From an uncultured Candidatus Binatia bacterium (GTDB lineage Bacteria; Desulfobacterota; Binatia; UBA9968; JAJDTQ01): DNA of 64,000 bases. Under the pieces are notes generated by a model, which saw only the letters and a program-made list of their open reading frames with translations, was not told the DNA's origin and ran no database searches. Of the stretch, positions 29,735 through 38,596 are shown one piece after another; the first letter of the stretch is position 1, and each line of letters begins with the position of its first letter. The DNA lies in NCBI GenBank assembly GCA_964291295.2, contig OZ219754.1:96001-160000 (forward strand), written 5' to 3'. The position numbers and the translations under genes are program-made.

Positions 29735-30526
29735 ATGACGGCGCGGAACGCCATTGGATGGCTGACGGCCGGACTGGCGGTGCTGGCGGGCACGGTGCTT
29801 TACCGGGTCGCGGACACCGCCCTGCTTCCGACCGCCCACTGGAGCGGCTGGACCCTCGCCCTGGCCTTCCTGCTGCTGGGAGTGCACGGTGTGCACGGGA
29901 TAAAGCGGCGGTGGCCGGGACCGGTGCGGCTGCTGGTGCACCTCCATCTGGGATGGATCGCCGCCCTGCTGTTCCTGGTCCACGGCACTCTGCCCGGTTT
30001 CTCCCAAGGCGCCTTCCACGGAATCCTGTCGCTCTCCTTCGCCGCGGCGCTGGCGTCCGGCGCGGCGGGGTTGTGCCTTGAACGGTTCTGCACGCACCGG
30101 CAGCGGGACTGGGACGCGCTGCCCTGGCCACGCATCGCGCAAGAGCGCGGCGTGCTGGCCGCACAGGCCGGCGCAGCCTTTCACGAGATCGTGAAGCGGG
30201 GCTGTCCACCCCTCCTGGCGCGGCTCTACGCCCAGCGCCTGCTGCCGTTTCTGTCACGCCCGGCACATCTGTGGCAACACTGTATCGGGCACCGGCGCCC
30301 GCTTGAGGATCTCCTGCAGGAACTGTCCCATGCCGGCCGCCCGTTGGCGGACCACGAGGACTTCCTGCGCATCAGGGACATCGTGGTGCGAAAGGACCAT
30401 CTCGACCAGCGTCGGGCGCTCTACTGGCTCCAACGGGGCTGGCTCTTCGTGCACCTGCCCGCGGCCGCGGTGGCGGCGGTGTTCGCGGTCTTTCACGTGA
30501 TCTTCGTGTACTCGTTCGGCGGCTGA
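29735..30526 (+). CDS. Integral membrane protein, ferric-reductase-like di-heme b candidate
   Basis: About five TM helices; two His pairs each with 13 intervening residues (HLHLGWIAALLFLVH; HLPAAAVAAVFAVFH). Confidence 0.7.
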   Translation: MTARNAIGWLTAGLAVLAGTVLYRVADTALLPTAHWSGWTLALAFLLLGVHGVHGIKRRWPGPVRLLVHLHLGWIAALLFLVHGTLPGFSQGAFHGILSLSFAAALASGAAGLCLERFCTHRQRDWDALPWPRIAQERGVLAAQAGAAFHEIVKRGCPPLLARLYAQRLLPFLSRPAHLWQHCIGHRRPLEDLLQELSHAGRPLADHEDFLRIRDIVVRKDHLDQRRALYWLQRGWLFVHLPAAAVAAVFAVFHVIFVYSFGG

Positions 30527-30537
30527 GGATCGAGTCC

Positions 30538-32646
30538 ATGGAACCGCGCACCCGGCACCCCGCCGACGCGTTCATCTTCGCCCACGCCGACTGGGAGTGC
30601 GGACGGGAGGGTGTCCCCTGCCACTTCGGACCGGAGGCTTCGGGACAGTGCTCGGCGCGCGCGGAATGCGTTCCCCGACGGGACGGTGACCGCTGGCTGT
30701 GCCGGCGGCCGCTGGCCCGCGGGGGAGCCTGTGAGAAGGGTCCGCAGCCCCACGGCGCGTGCTGCTTCCCGCCAGCCGCATGCGTGCCCCGGGCGACCGT
30801 GCGGCGGCGGCTCCGGACCGCCTGGCGTCTGGCCGCCCTGTGCGCGCTGGCGGCGGCGCTGGCGCTGCTCACCAGCCGCTCCATGATCCTGCCGGGACCG
30901 GTGCTTTCGACACACGCGGCCTTCGAGCAGGACTGCGGCCAGTGTCACGTCGGCGTGGCCGAGCCGTGGCGGGTGTGGGCGGGAGAGGTCTTTCGCGCCG
31001 GCCTGTCCGGCCGGGAACGGCGACTGGCCAACGCCGCCCGCTGCCTCTCCTGTCATGACTTCGGTGCCGGCGCCATGGCCGCGCACACCGCGGGGCCGGC
31101 GGCGTTCCCGCAGGCCGGCGGCGGGGAACGGGACCGCCGGCGGCCGCCCGGGCCGTCTCCGGCCACCGCGGCGATGCTGCCGGAGGACCACCGGCCGGGG
31201 GGACCGGGCGAAAGCCGCGGGAACATCCCCTGCACCGTCTGTCACCGCGAGCACGAAGGCCGCGACTTCGTCGCCACCCGCATGACCGATGCCCGCTGCC
31301 AGACCTGCCACCGGGAGGTCTTCGCGGGCTTTCCCGCACACCCGCCCTTCACCGGCTATCCCCATCATGCGCTCTCCGCCATCGCCTTCGACCACGGCCG
31401 TCACTTCAGCCGACACTTTGCCGCCGCCGTCAAGGACGGCGTCTCCCCGCCCGAAAACTGCGCCTCGTGCCACGTCCAGGAGACCATGGCTCTCCGCGGT
31501 TTTGGCACGTGCGCCGCCTGCCACGACCAGGAGATCACGCGCGCATCCACCGATCTGGAGTTCCTGGCTCCGCCCGGCCTCGACCTGGAGACCCTGGCGG
31601 ACAGGCCCATCGGCGACTGGCCGCTGGATGCCGAGGCGGAGCCCAACGCGTTCCTGCGGCTGATGCTCGAGGCCGGCGGCTATCTGAACACAGAGGAATT
31701 GAAGACCGTCACCGAGATCGACCTGCTGGACCTGAGCAACGCCGGCAAGGCCGAAAAGGAGGCGGCCGCGGGACTGGCCTGGGCGTTCAAGAAGCTGATC
31801 CGGGACCTTGTGCGGAACGGCCCCTCGGTTTTCGTGGAAGTGGCCCAGGGACTTCCCGGCGGCGCTTCGGTCCCGGCCGATCTGGCCGGCTCGCTGTCGT
31901 TCGAGGTGGCGAGCCATGCGGCCAGCCAATGGTTCCCGGAACTGGAGCGCGAACTGGAGCGGCACGAACAGGGTGAAGCGGTGGCCACCCGCGCCGTCGA
32001 GACGAATCTCGACGATCCCGTGGACATGGACGAATGGCTGCGCTACGGCGGCTGGCGATATCGGGAACTGGCGCTGCGCTACCGGCCCACCGGACACGCC
32101 GACCGGTTCCTCCGCGGCTGGCTTGCGTTGTCCACCGCTCCGACCGCCGCCGGCACGGCGCTCTTCGAGGCGCTCACCGACGACGAGGCCCCGTCCGCGA
32201 CCTGCGCCCGATGTCACCGGTCCCGTGAAGCGGCGGACGCCGGAGACGGCCGGGAAGGCCCGCCGCGTGTCCACTGGCTGGCTCGGGGAACACGTGCGGC
32301 TGCGCCCGTGTCCATGGCTCGATCCTTCAGGGCTGTGGCCGACGCACCGGCGCAACCCGCGTCCGGGCCATCGTTTCACCTGCGGACCTTCTCGCACCGC
32401 TCCCACCACCACGCCGTGGCCACGGGCGGTTGCGCTTCGTGCCACCGCATGGCGGAAGGCAAGGAGCCGCGGCAGGGCCCCGCCGGCTTCGCCCCGGTAT
32501 CGCCCGCCGCCTGCGCCGCCTGCCACGATCGGGAGACGGCGTTGGCCAGTTGTACGACCTGCCACCGCTACCATTTCGGCAACGGCGACCCCAGGCTGCT
32601 GCACACCGGCGACCACGCCGCCGGCCCCCGTCCCTTCGGAGAATGA
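30538..32646 (+). CDS. Membrane-anchored decaheme c-type cytochrome with Cys-rich N-terminus
   Basis: Ten CxxCH (CGQCH, CLSCH, CTVCH, CQTCH, CASCH, CAACH, CARCH, CASCH, CAACH, CTTCH); nine Cys before an Arg-rich stretch and TM anchor. Confidence 0.88.
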   Translation: MEPRTRHPADAFIFAHADWECGREGVPCHFGPEASGQCSARAECVPRRDGDRWLCRRPLARGGACEKGPQPHGACCFPPAACVPRATVRRRLRTAWRLAALCALAAALALLTSRSMILPGPVLSTHAAFEQDCGQCHVGVAEPWRVWAGEVFRAGLSGRERRLANAARCLSCHDFGAGAMAAHTAGPAAFPQAGGGERDRRRPPGPSPATAAMLPEDHRPGGPGESRGNIPCTVCHREHEGRDFVATRMTDARCQTCHREVFAGFPAHPPFTGYPHHALSAIAFDHGRHFSRHFAAAVKDGVSPPENCASCHVQETMALRGFGTCAACHDQEITRASTDLEFLAPPGLDLETLADRPIGDWPLDAEAEPNAFLRLMLEAGGYLNTEELKTVTEIDLLDLSNAGKAEKEAAAGLAWAFKKLIRDLVRNGPSVFVEVAQGLPGGASVPADLAGSLSFEVASHAASQWFPELERELERHEQGEAVATRAVETNLDDPVDMDEWLRYGGWRYRELALRYRPTGHADRFLRGWLALSTAPTAAGTALFEALTDDEAPSATCARCHRSREAADAGDGREGPPRVHWLARGTRAAAPVSMARSFRAVADAPAQPASGPSFHLRTFSHRSHHHAVATGGCASCHRMAEGKEPRQGPAGFAPVSPAACAACHDRETALASCTTCHRYHFGNGDPRLLHTGDHAAGPRPFGE

Positions 32647-33021
32647 ACCCACGCCTCGACGCCCGCAGCGCTTCCCGGGTCACCCGCATCGTCCGACGCG
32701 CAGTCCTCCGGGTAGCCGCGATGCCGGGAATCGCGTGTCTCGCCTCGGGTGACGCCGGCATGCATCCGTGCGGCGCTGGCTCCACGAACCGCTGCGACCG
32801 TACCGCCGTCATGGCGTCCACGGCCGCTTGGTGAACCGGCCTCAAGAAGCCCGCGTCGTCAAACCGCGGGATGATCTGCAGGGCCGCGGCACAGGCCGCG
32901 TTCGTCAGGTTGCGGATGGCGGCGCAGACCCGAGCACCCCGGCTGCCAGGATCCGGACAAGGACAGCCGGCGAGCTTTCATCCGCTGCCAACGGCAGGCA
33001 GCCATCGCCGCGTCCAAGAAC

Positions 33022-33759
33022 TCACGCGTTCAGCAAGCTGCGAGAGAAATGACCTCGAAAGTGAACAACTCCGGGATTGACCCCGATGCGGGCCACGACT
33101 CCTTCACGACCCATCTTGCTTTCCTGTACTTTCGCCTGCCACGGCGGCGGCTTGCTGATCGTCGTTCCGGGAATCGGGTCCGGCAACTGCGAACCTTGCA
33201 GCGCGTTCGTCCGGATATGCCTCGCGAAATCGGCGTGCGCCATGAGTTGGCGCGACGGCCTGCCGGTCCCGGGGGTCACCAGCCCAATCCTCTTGCCATG
33301 ATGTTGCCTCACGAGGCGCATCGCCTCGGCGATGTCACTGTCATTGCTTACGACGACCGCACAATCGTAGGCATCCAGCCACGCATCGTTCAGCAGATGC
33401 ACCGCAAGATTGACGTCGGAGCCCTTTTCCTCGGTGCGGATCACTTCCGTCGTGCGCCGGTTTCCGACTGGCTGTACAAGAGGCGCCCGGACCCTGTGGC
33501 TGAGAAAGTGCCCGAAATAAACCGCGACCTCGGGCCGGTGGTGCCGCAGCGCACGGAGGTAGACGTCCTGCCGCTGCGGCTTCGACGGATCGGCAAGGGT
33601 CCCCGACACTCTCGCCGTGAAGTACTTGACCTTCAGGATATGGTGATGGGGCTGGAGAACTTTCGCGAACAGTGCCGGCAGGTCCAGCCATTTCCAGACC
33701 GTCCCCTTGAGTGCTCCGTAATAGAGATTGAAGCCGTCGACATGGACGTAGGTGCGCAT
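33022..33759 (-). CDS. NYN domain (LabA/DUF88, PIN fold) ribonuclease
   Basis: HVDGFNLYYG, VKYFTARV, EEKGSDVNLAVHLLNDA, VVSNDSDIAEA: acidic active-site set intact. Confidence 0.9.
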   Translation of the reverse strand: MRTYVHVDGFNLYYGALKGTVWKWLDLPALFAKVLQPHHHILKVKYFTARVSGTLADPSKPQRQDVYLRALRHHRPEVAVYFGHFLSHRVRAPLVQPVGNRRTTEVIRTEEKGSDVNLAVHLLNDAWLDAYDCAVVVSNDSDIAEAMRLVRQHHGKRIGLVTPGTGRPSRQLMAHADFARHIRTNALQGSQLPDPIPGTTISKPPPWQAKVQESKMGREGVVARIGVNPGVVHFRGHFSRSLLNA

Positions 33760-33771
33760 CAATGTCCGCCC

Positions 33772-33801
33772 AAAAAAAGCAGGGGCCTCCGAAGAGGCCC
33801 C
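33772..33801 (-). terminator. Intrinsic terminator immediately upstream of the NYN start codon
   Basis: Minus strand GGGGCCTC-TTCG-GAGGCCCC followed by TGC-T7, ending about 12 nt before the ATG. Confidence 0.75.
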
Positions 33802-33832
33802 GCGCCCTGCAGTCGAAACCGCAGGGGGTATC
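33772..33832 (-). ncRNA. Predicted ~60-nt two-hairpin leader/small RNA upstream of the NYN gene
   Basis: Hairpin 1 CCCTGCGGT-TTCG-ACTGCAGGG (33805-33826) and hairpin 2 (terminator), both with UUCG loops, between a promoter and a U-tract. Confidence 0.55.
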
Positions 33833-33838
33833 GGCAAC

Positions 33839-33867
33839 AGCTTAGGTGCTCGAGCCATGGAAATCAA
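33839..33867 (-). promoter_or_regulatory. Putative sigma70 promoter driving the leader RNA/NYN
   Basis: Minus strand TTGATT-N17-TAAGCT. Confidence 0.6.
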
Positions 33868-34218
33868 GTGGCCCCAGGCCGGCCCCATCGTCCTTCACGC
33901 CCTCCGGTTCCATCGCTTCGAGCATGTGGACCTGCTCTCCGAGGGAAGGTCCGGAATCCCGGGAAGTCGCGCCGCAAGTTCCTGAGCGCCCCCAAGGCCA
34001 AGTCGCGCCGGACCATGAAGCGGTTCGGGGGCAGTCACCGGCGTGACCTCATCCGGCACACGCTCGACAACCGGGCCGGGTTCCGTCCCGATGGCCTCTT
34101 TTCGCCGCCGGGTCCGGACCTCGTTGACACGGTTCAGCCGGTCTGATATCGGCGGGGCGTGGGCCGAAACGGGTCCTGCCGCAGGGCGCCGGGCCTGCCG
34201 GCCCGGGGGAGGTGAACG

Positions 34219-35250
34219 ATGGACCGACACGAACCGCGCGGCGTGGTGCACTGGATCGATCATTTCATCGTGGGCACCAATGACATGGTCACTTGGGTCG
34301 ACTGGGCCGTGAACGCCACCGGCATCACCCGGCGGCCGATTCGCGGCATTACCACCACGGCGCGAAAGAAGGATGTCCCGATCATGTGTTTCCTGTGGTG
34401 GGACAGCGAGTCCTGCCGCATCGGCGCCTTCCTGCAGCCCGAGGTCTACCCGGCCGCCAAGCCCCTGGGCGAGGACACGCCACGATGCGGATTCTACATC
34501 CGGCCCGAGGATGTGAACAGACACGTCAAGCGGCTCGAGCGCCACGCCATCCCGCACACCGGCCCGGTACGGACGGCGGACTGCGGCGAGGAGGGCACGG
34601 TGATCCACTTCGCCGACCCCGACGGCAACCAGTTCGAGTTCTGGGCGCCCGACCACATGCCGGAAGGGGCCATGGAGATATGCACGGCCGAGGGCGTCGG
34701 CCGCATCAGCCACGCGGTGTACGGCTCCCGGGATCTGGGCCGGACCGCCAGCTTTTTCGAACAGTACTGCGCCCTCAAGCCGGAGGTCGGCCCCAACGTC
34801 GCCGAGGGCAATCTGGTCCTGCGTCTGCACGCCGGCGGGCGGCTCATCTACAAGCTCGCCAACCAGGTCGACGAGCGCGTGGCCGGACACGGACCTTGGT
34901 GGGACATGCACACGGCGTTGACGGTGCGGGCGGAGGAGTTCATGCCCAACTACCGCCGGATGTGGGAAACTCTGCCAGAGGAGCGGCGGGCCAAGGAAGA
35001 GGACAACCTCTCGCTGGAGCAGGAGGACGCCCTGCCGGCCCGCACCGGTCTGCACCGGAGTCCGGTGGGTTACCGCTGGAAGGCCATGTTCGAGCGCGGC
35101 GACGAATTCTACGACTGGGACGGCCACGCCTTCCACTTCTTCGGCGGCAGGCCCGTCAAGGACGACGGTTCACTGGCCCTCTACACCATCGTGGAACAGG
35201 AAGACTATCTCACCGACGTCGCCGCGGAGGCGGAGAAGGCCCGCGCCTGA
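34219..35250 (+). CDS. VOC/glyoxalase-superfamily protein (two-module)
   Basis: WIDHFIV, IHFADPDGNQFEFW, RISHAVYGSRDL, DMHTALTV, FYDWDGHAFHF; GGAGG RBS. Confidence 0.75.
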   Translation: MDRHEPRGVVHWIDHFIVGTNDMVTWVDWAVNATGITRRPIRGITTTARKKDVPIMCFLWWDSESCRIGAFLQPEVYPAAKPLGEDTPRCGFYIRPEDVNRHVKRLERHAIPHTGPVRTADCGEEGTVIHFADPDGNQFEFWAPDHMPEGAMEICTAEGVGRISHAVYGSRDLGRTASFFEQYCALKPEVGPNVAEGNLVLRLHAGGRLIYKLANQVDERVAGHGPWWDMHTALTVRAEEFMPNYRRMWETLPEERRAKEEDNLSLEQEDALPARTGLHRSPVGYRWKAMFERGDEFYDWDGHAFHFFGGRPVKDDGSLALYTIVEQEDYLTDVAAEAEKARA

Positions 35251-35568
35251 GCCGCCGTCCTCCCACCACACCGTCACGGCCGCCGGTCACGCCCAGCGTG
35301 GCCCGGAGCGGTTCGCGAGCACCCGGAACGACCCGGTCCATCGGCCTGCGCTCCAGGCGCCGCTCGCAGGGCTGTCCCACCCTGTTTGCCGGGCCGACCT
35401 TCATTCCCTTGAAACAAGACAACTTCCATGGGCAATGGCCGTCACGCACGGACAGGCGTATGATGGCTGATTGAAACCTTCGGCTACAGCCGCAGCGGAC
35501 TCGGGGTTGTGCAGGCGCCGCTTCGCACGCCGTCACCGGGTGTACGCGGCCCGTGAAAGGACAGGGAC

Positions 35569-36213
35569 GTGACCGACCGGCACAGTCTCTCCGCGCTTCT
35601 CGACGGTGCCCGCGCCTTCCGGACGACCGAATACCGCGGCGCCGATTCCCTCATGGCCCGCCTGTCCATGGGCCAGGAGCCGGATGTCCTGGTGATCGCG
35701 TGCAGCGACTCCCGGGTGGATCCGGCGCTGGTTCTCGGCGCCCGGCCCGGGGACCTTTTCGTGGTACGCGTGGTGGCGAATCTGGTGCCGGCACGGCGCG
35801 CGGACGACACGATGGCCCACGGTGTGATGGCGGCGGTGGAATACGGGTCAAAGCGCTCGGGGTCTCGCATCTGGTGGTGTGCGGCCATTCCCACTGCGGC
35901 GGAATCAAGGCCGCGACGGACGCGGCGCGGGGAAGGGAACTGCCGCCGTTCGAGTGCCTGGGGCCGTGGCCGGCGCGTCGTTCCGGGAGGTGCTGGCGGA
36001 GAGCCCGGGGCCGGCCGCCCGGATGAGGAAGTGGCGGCCGCGGCGGAGCAGCGGTCGGTGCTCAAGTCTCTTGCCAACCTGCGGTCATACGGGTGGATTC
36101 AGGATCGGGTGGAAGGAAGCCGGCTCGCCCTGCACGGCTGGTGGTTCGATATCGATACCGGCCATCTGTGGATCGCGGACACCGCGATGGGGCTCTTCCG
36201 GCCGCTGGATTGA
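35569..36213 (+). pseudogene. Beta-carbonic anhydrase with internal frameshifts
   Basis: GQEPDVLVIACSDSRVDP and GDLFVVRVVANLV in frame 1; VKALGVSHLVVCGHSHCGGIKA only in another frame; SLANLRSY and LHGWWFDIDTG back in frame 1. Confidence 0.8.
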
Positions 36214-36289
36214 CGGCGCCCGCACCACGTCGATCCGGCGGATGCGGGCGGCCGGGAGGAGCCCGGGCCGCGTCCCCGGTTGAGGCCGT

Positions 36290-36766
36290 TCAGTCTCCTG
36301 CCTGCCGCTCCCGTTCGTGAAGCCCGGCGTGTTGCCGGGGGGTCTCGGGCCGCGTGTCCCTGCCCTTCCCCCGGGTGAGCCGCAGCGTGCCGACGAACTT
36401 GACGTTGGCGCAGGCGTCGGCCCCGCCGGTGGCGCACCCTTCGTCGTCGGGGATGAGGAAGCGCAACGGTCCGCCCTTGTCCCGGGGCAAGGGGTCTTCG
36501 CCGACGCGGTAGACGATGAACGCGCGGCGTAGCGCCTCCAGAGGCACGCTGGCGGCAAAGCCGCCGTCGGTGAACTCCACGGTGAGGTAGTCCAGGTCCG
36601 GTGCGGGTTGAAGATGGTCGAGGATGGCCTGAAGCGTCACCGCGCCGCCGACCCGGCCGGGGATCAGCGTGCCGACGTCGGCGACTTGGCCGTCCAGTGC
36701 CGCAAGCCGCCGGAAGTCGAGTTCCAGCGCGGGCTTCCCTTCCTGTTCGATGCGCAGACCGCTCAT
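36290..36766 (-). CDS. Small molybdopterin-oxidoreductase (sulfite oxidase fold) domain protein
   Basis: DGGFAASVPL, GEDPLPRDKGGPLRFLIP, CANVKFVGTL; GGAGG RBS. Confidence 0.65.
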   Translation of the reverse strand: MSGLRIEQEGKPALELDFRRLAALDGQVADVGTLIPGRVGGAVTLQAILDHLQPAPDLDYLTVEFTDGGFAASVPLEALRRAFIVYRVGEDPLPRDKGGPLRFLIPDDEGCATGGADACANVKFVGTLRLTRGKGRDTRPETPRQHAGLHERERQAGD

Positions 36767-37213
36767 GGTTCCCTCCTGCGGCCAGCGTACCGCCGCCCGC
36801 CCGTCTCCTCAAGCATCCGTTCCGGTTCGGCGGCGAAGGCCGTTTCTCTTGGCGGCAGACCGGCGCTGGCGAAGGACGCGAGGATGACGACCTCGGCCGT
36901 CATCCTCAGCGAGGTGCTGGGCGGGGACAGCCAGATGGCGCTGACGGGCGACGAGCAGTGCGAACTTCACGACCGGATGCTCCGCTTGGCCGTGCCTTGC
37001 CGCGCCACAGGCTGGGCTTCAGGCCGCCTGCCGACAGCGCCGATCAAGCGCGCCGGACCCCGGCAGACGGACAACCGCGACCGAACGGATGCGCCGTTCC
37101 GCCCTCGCTCGAAAATCAACCACCCCCTCGCCTCAACACGCCGGAACACAAGACCGACCGGACCTGGACCACCCTCTCCTGCGGCCGAACAGGCACCACG
37201 GCGCAAATTTTGC

Positions 37214-37285
37214 TTGCTTGACAGGGGGGGGATGGTAAGCGTCCGTGACAGGCCCACATGCAACCACATGAATGCAACCACATGA
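37214..37285 (+). promoter_or_regulatory. Putative promoter with a G8 tract and a 14-bp tandem repeat upstream of the RTX gene
   Basis: TTGCTTGACA, G8 (37224-37231), TGG-TAAGCG; ATGCAACCACATGA twice (37258-37285). Confidence 0.4.
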
Positions 37286-37768
37286 CCAGATCAGGAGGGT
37301 TTTACCATGGCTATTGAGCGGACCGGCGGTGCTGGCAACGAATGGCTTTGGGGAGAGAATGGCAATGACAGGTTGGATGGCGGTGCCGGTGACGACATTT
37401 TGACTGGCGGCGCCGGTGACGATACTTTGGCTGGCGGTTCGGGCAATGACCGGATCTGGGGCGGCATTGACGACGACAGGCTGGAAGGCGGCGCTGGAGA
37501 CGACAGACTGACGGGCGGCGTCGGCGCCGACACCTTCGTGTTCCGTACGGGAGACGGCAGCGACACCATTGCCGACTTCAAGGCCGACGATACGATCGAG
37601 ATGGTCGGCGTGTCGGGCGGGTTCGAAGCGTTGGTCATCGAGCAGGATGGCGTCAACGCCGTCATCCGCTACGGCGATCAGGACACGATCACGCTGCTGA
37701 ACGTGACGGCCGCATCGCTGAGCAGGGACGCCTTCCGTTTCGTGACCGCGGAAAGGAAGGTTCTGATG

Positions 37769-38005
37769 GGCGGCAAGGGCGACGACACGCTGAACGGCGG
37801 GGTCGGCGATGACACGCTGAGGGGCAACAAGGGCGACGATACGCTGAACGGCGGGGTCGGCGATGACACGCTGAGGGGCGGCAAGGGCGACGATACGCTG
37901 AACGGCGGGGTCGGCGGCGACACGCTGAGGGGCGGCAAGGGCGACGACACGCTGAACGGCGGGGTCGGCGATGACACGCTGAGGGGCGACAAGGGCGACG
38001 ATACC
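37769..38005 (+). repeat. 54-bp tandem repeat, about 4.4 copies ([18 protein letters not shown])
   Basis: Near-identical nucleotide units inside the RTX gene. Confidence 0.9.
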
Positions 38006-38332
38006 TTCGTGTTCGTGGTCGGAGACGGCGACGACACGATCACCGATTTCGAGGCCGGCGACAGGATTCGCCTGGATGGCGTATCCGGCGGGTTCGCGGC
38101 GCTGCGTATCGAACAGGACGGCACCGATACCGTCATCGGCTACAGCGGCGACGATACGATCACCCTGTCGGGCGTGTCAGCGGACAGCCTGGACGCGAAC
38201 GACTTCATCTTGCCCGCCGGCGCTGGCGAAACCACCGAAACACAATCCCGCAACGGCGTTACTCTCAGTGGCGGCGGCTATGACGACGATCTCAGAGGCG
38301 GCGACGGCAACGACGGGCTCTGAGGCGGCGAC

Positions 38333-38596
38333 GGCGACGACACCCTGAACGGCGGCGACGGCAATGACTACCTCTATGGCGGCGACGGTGCCGACACGCT
38401 GAACGGCGGCGAGGGTATTGACCATCTCCACGGCGGCGCTGGCGACGACACCCTGAACGGCGGCGACGGCAACGACTACCTCTATGGCGGCGACGGTGCC
38501 GACACGCTGAACGGCGGCGAGGGTATTGACCATCTCCACGGCGGCGCTGGCGACAACACCCTGAACGGCGGCGACGGCAACGACTACCTCTATGGC
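38333..38596 (+). repeat. 108-bp tandem repeat, about 2.4 copies (RTX units)
   Basis: [36 protein letters not shown] repeated almost exactly at the DNA level. Confidence 0.9.

Noticed and set aside
22215-32646. Assigning the cluster to mtrCAB, nrfABCD or hao/cycA
   Set aside because: No CxxCK heme, no octaheme, no NrfD; heme counts and partner genes do not match
32650-33020. Possible gene remnants here and at 33860-34146
   Set aside because: Coding-like composition but no family motif I can identify
36800-36990. GGEGR peptide reminiscent of Cmr3, and palindrome GAGGATGACG-N8-CGTCATCCTC
   Set aside because: The motif is too short, has no cas context and overlaps the upstream region of another gene; the hairpin has no U-tract and no second copy was noticed
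37235-37245. GTAAGCGTCCG as an IS66 terminal repeat making the RTX gene part of a transposon
   Set aside because: Same orientation as the decayed end near 39085, so the two cannot form an inverted pair
38321-38323. TGA as selenocysteine
   Set aside because: The position aligns with R/W/N/Y in sister repeats, not Cys; there is no redox motif
37769-38596. Regular repeats resembling a CRISPR array
   Set aside because: No unique spacers; unit lengths are multiples of 27 nt encoding RTX nonapeptides; no cas genes
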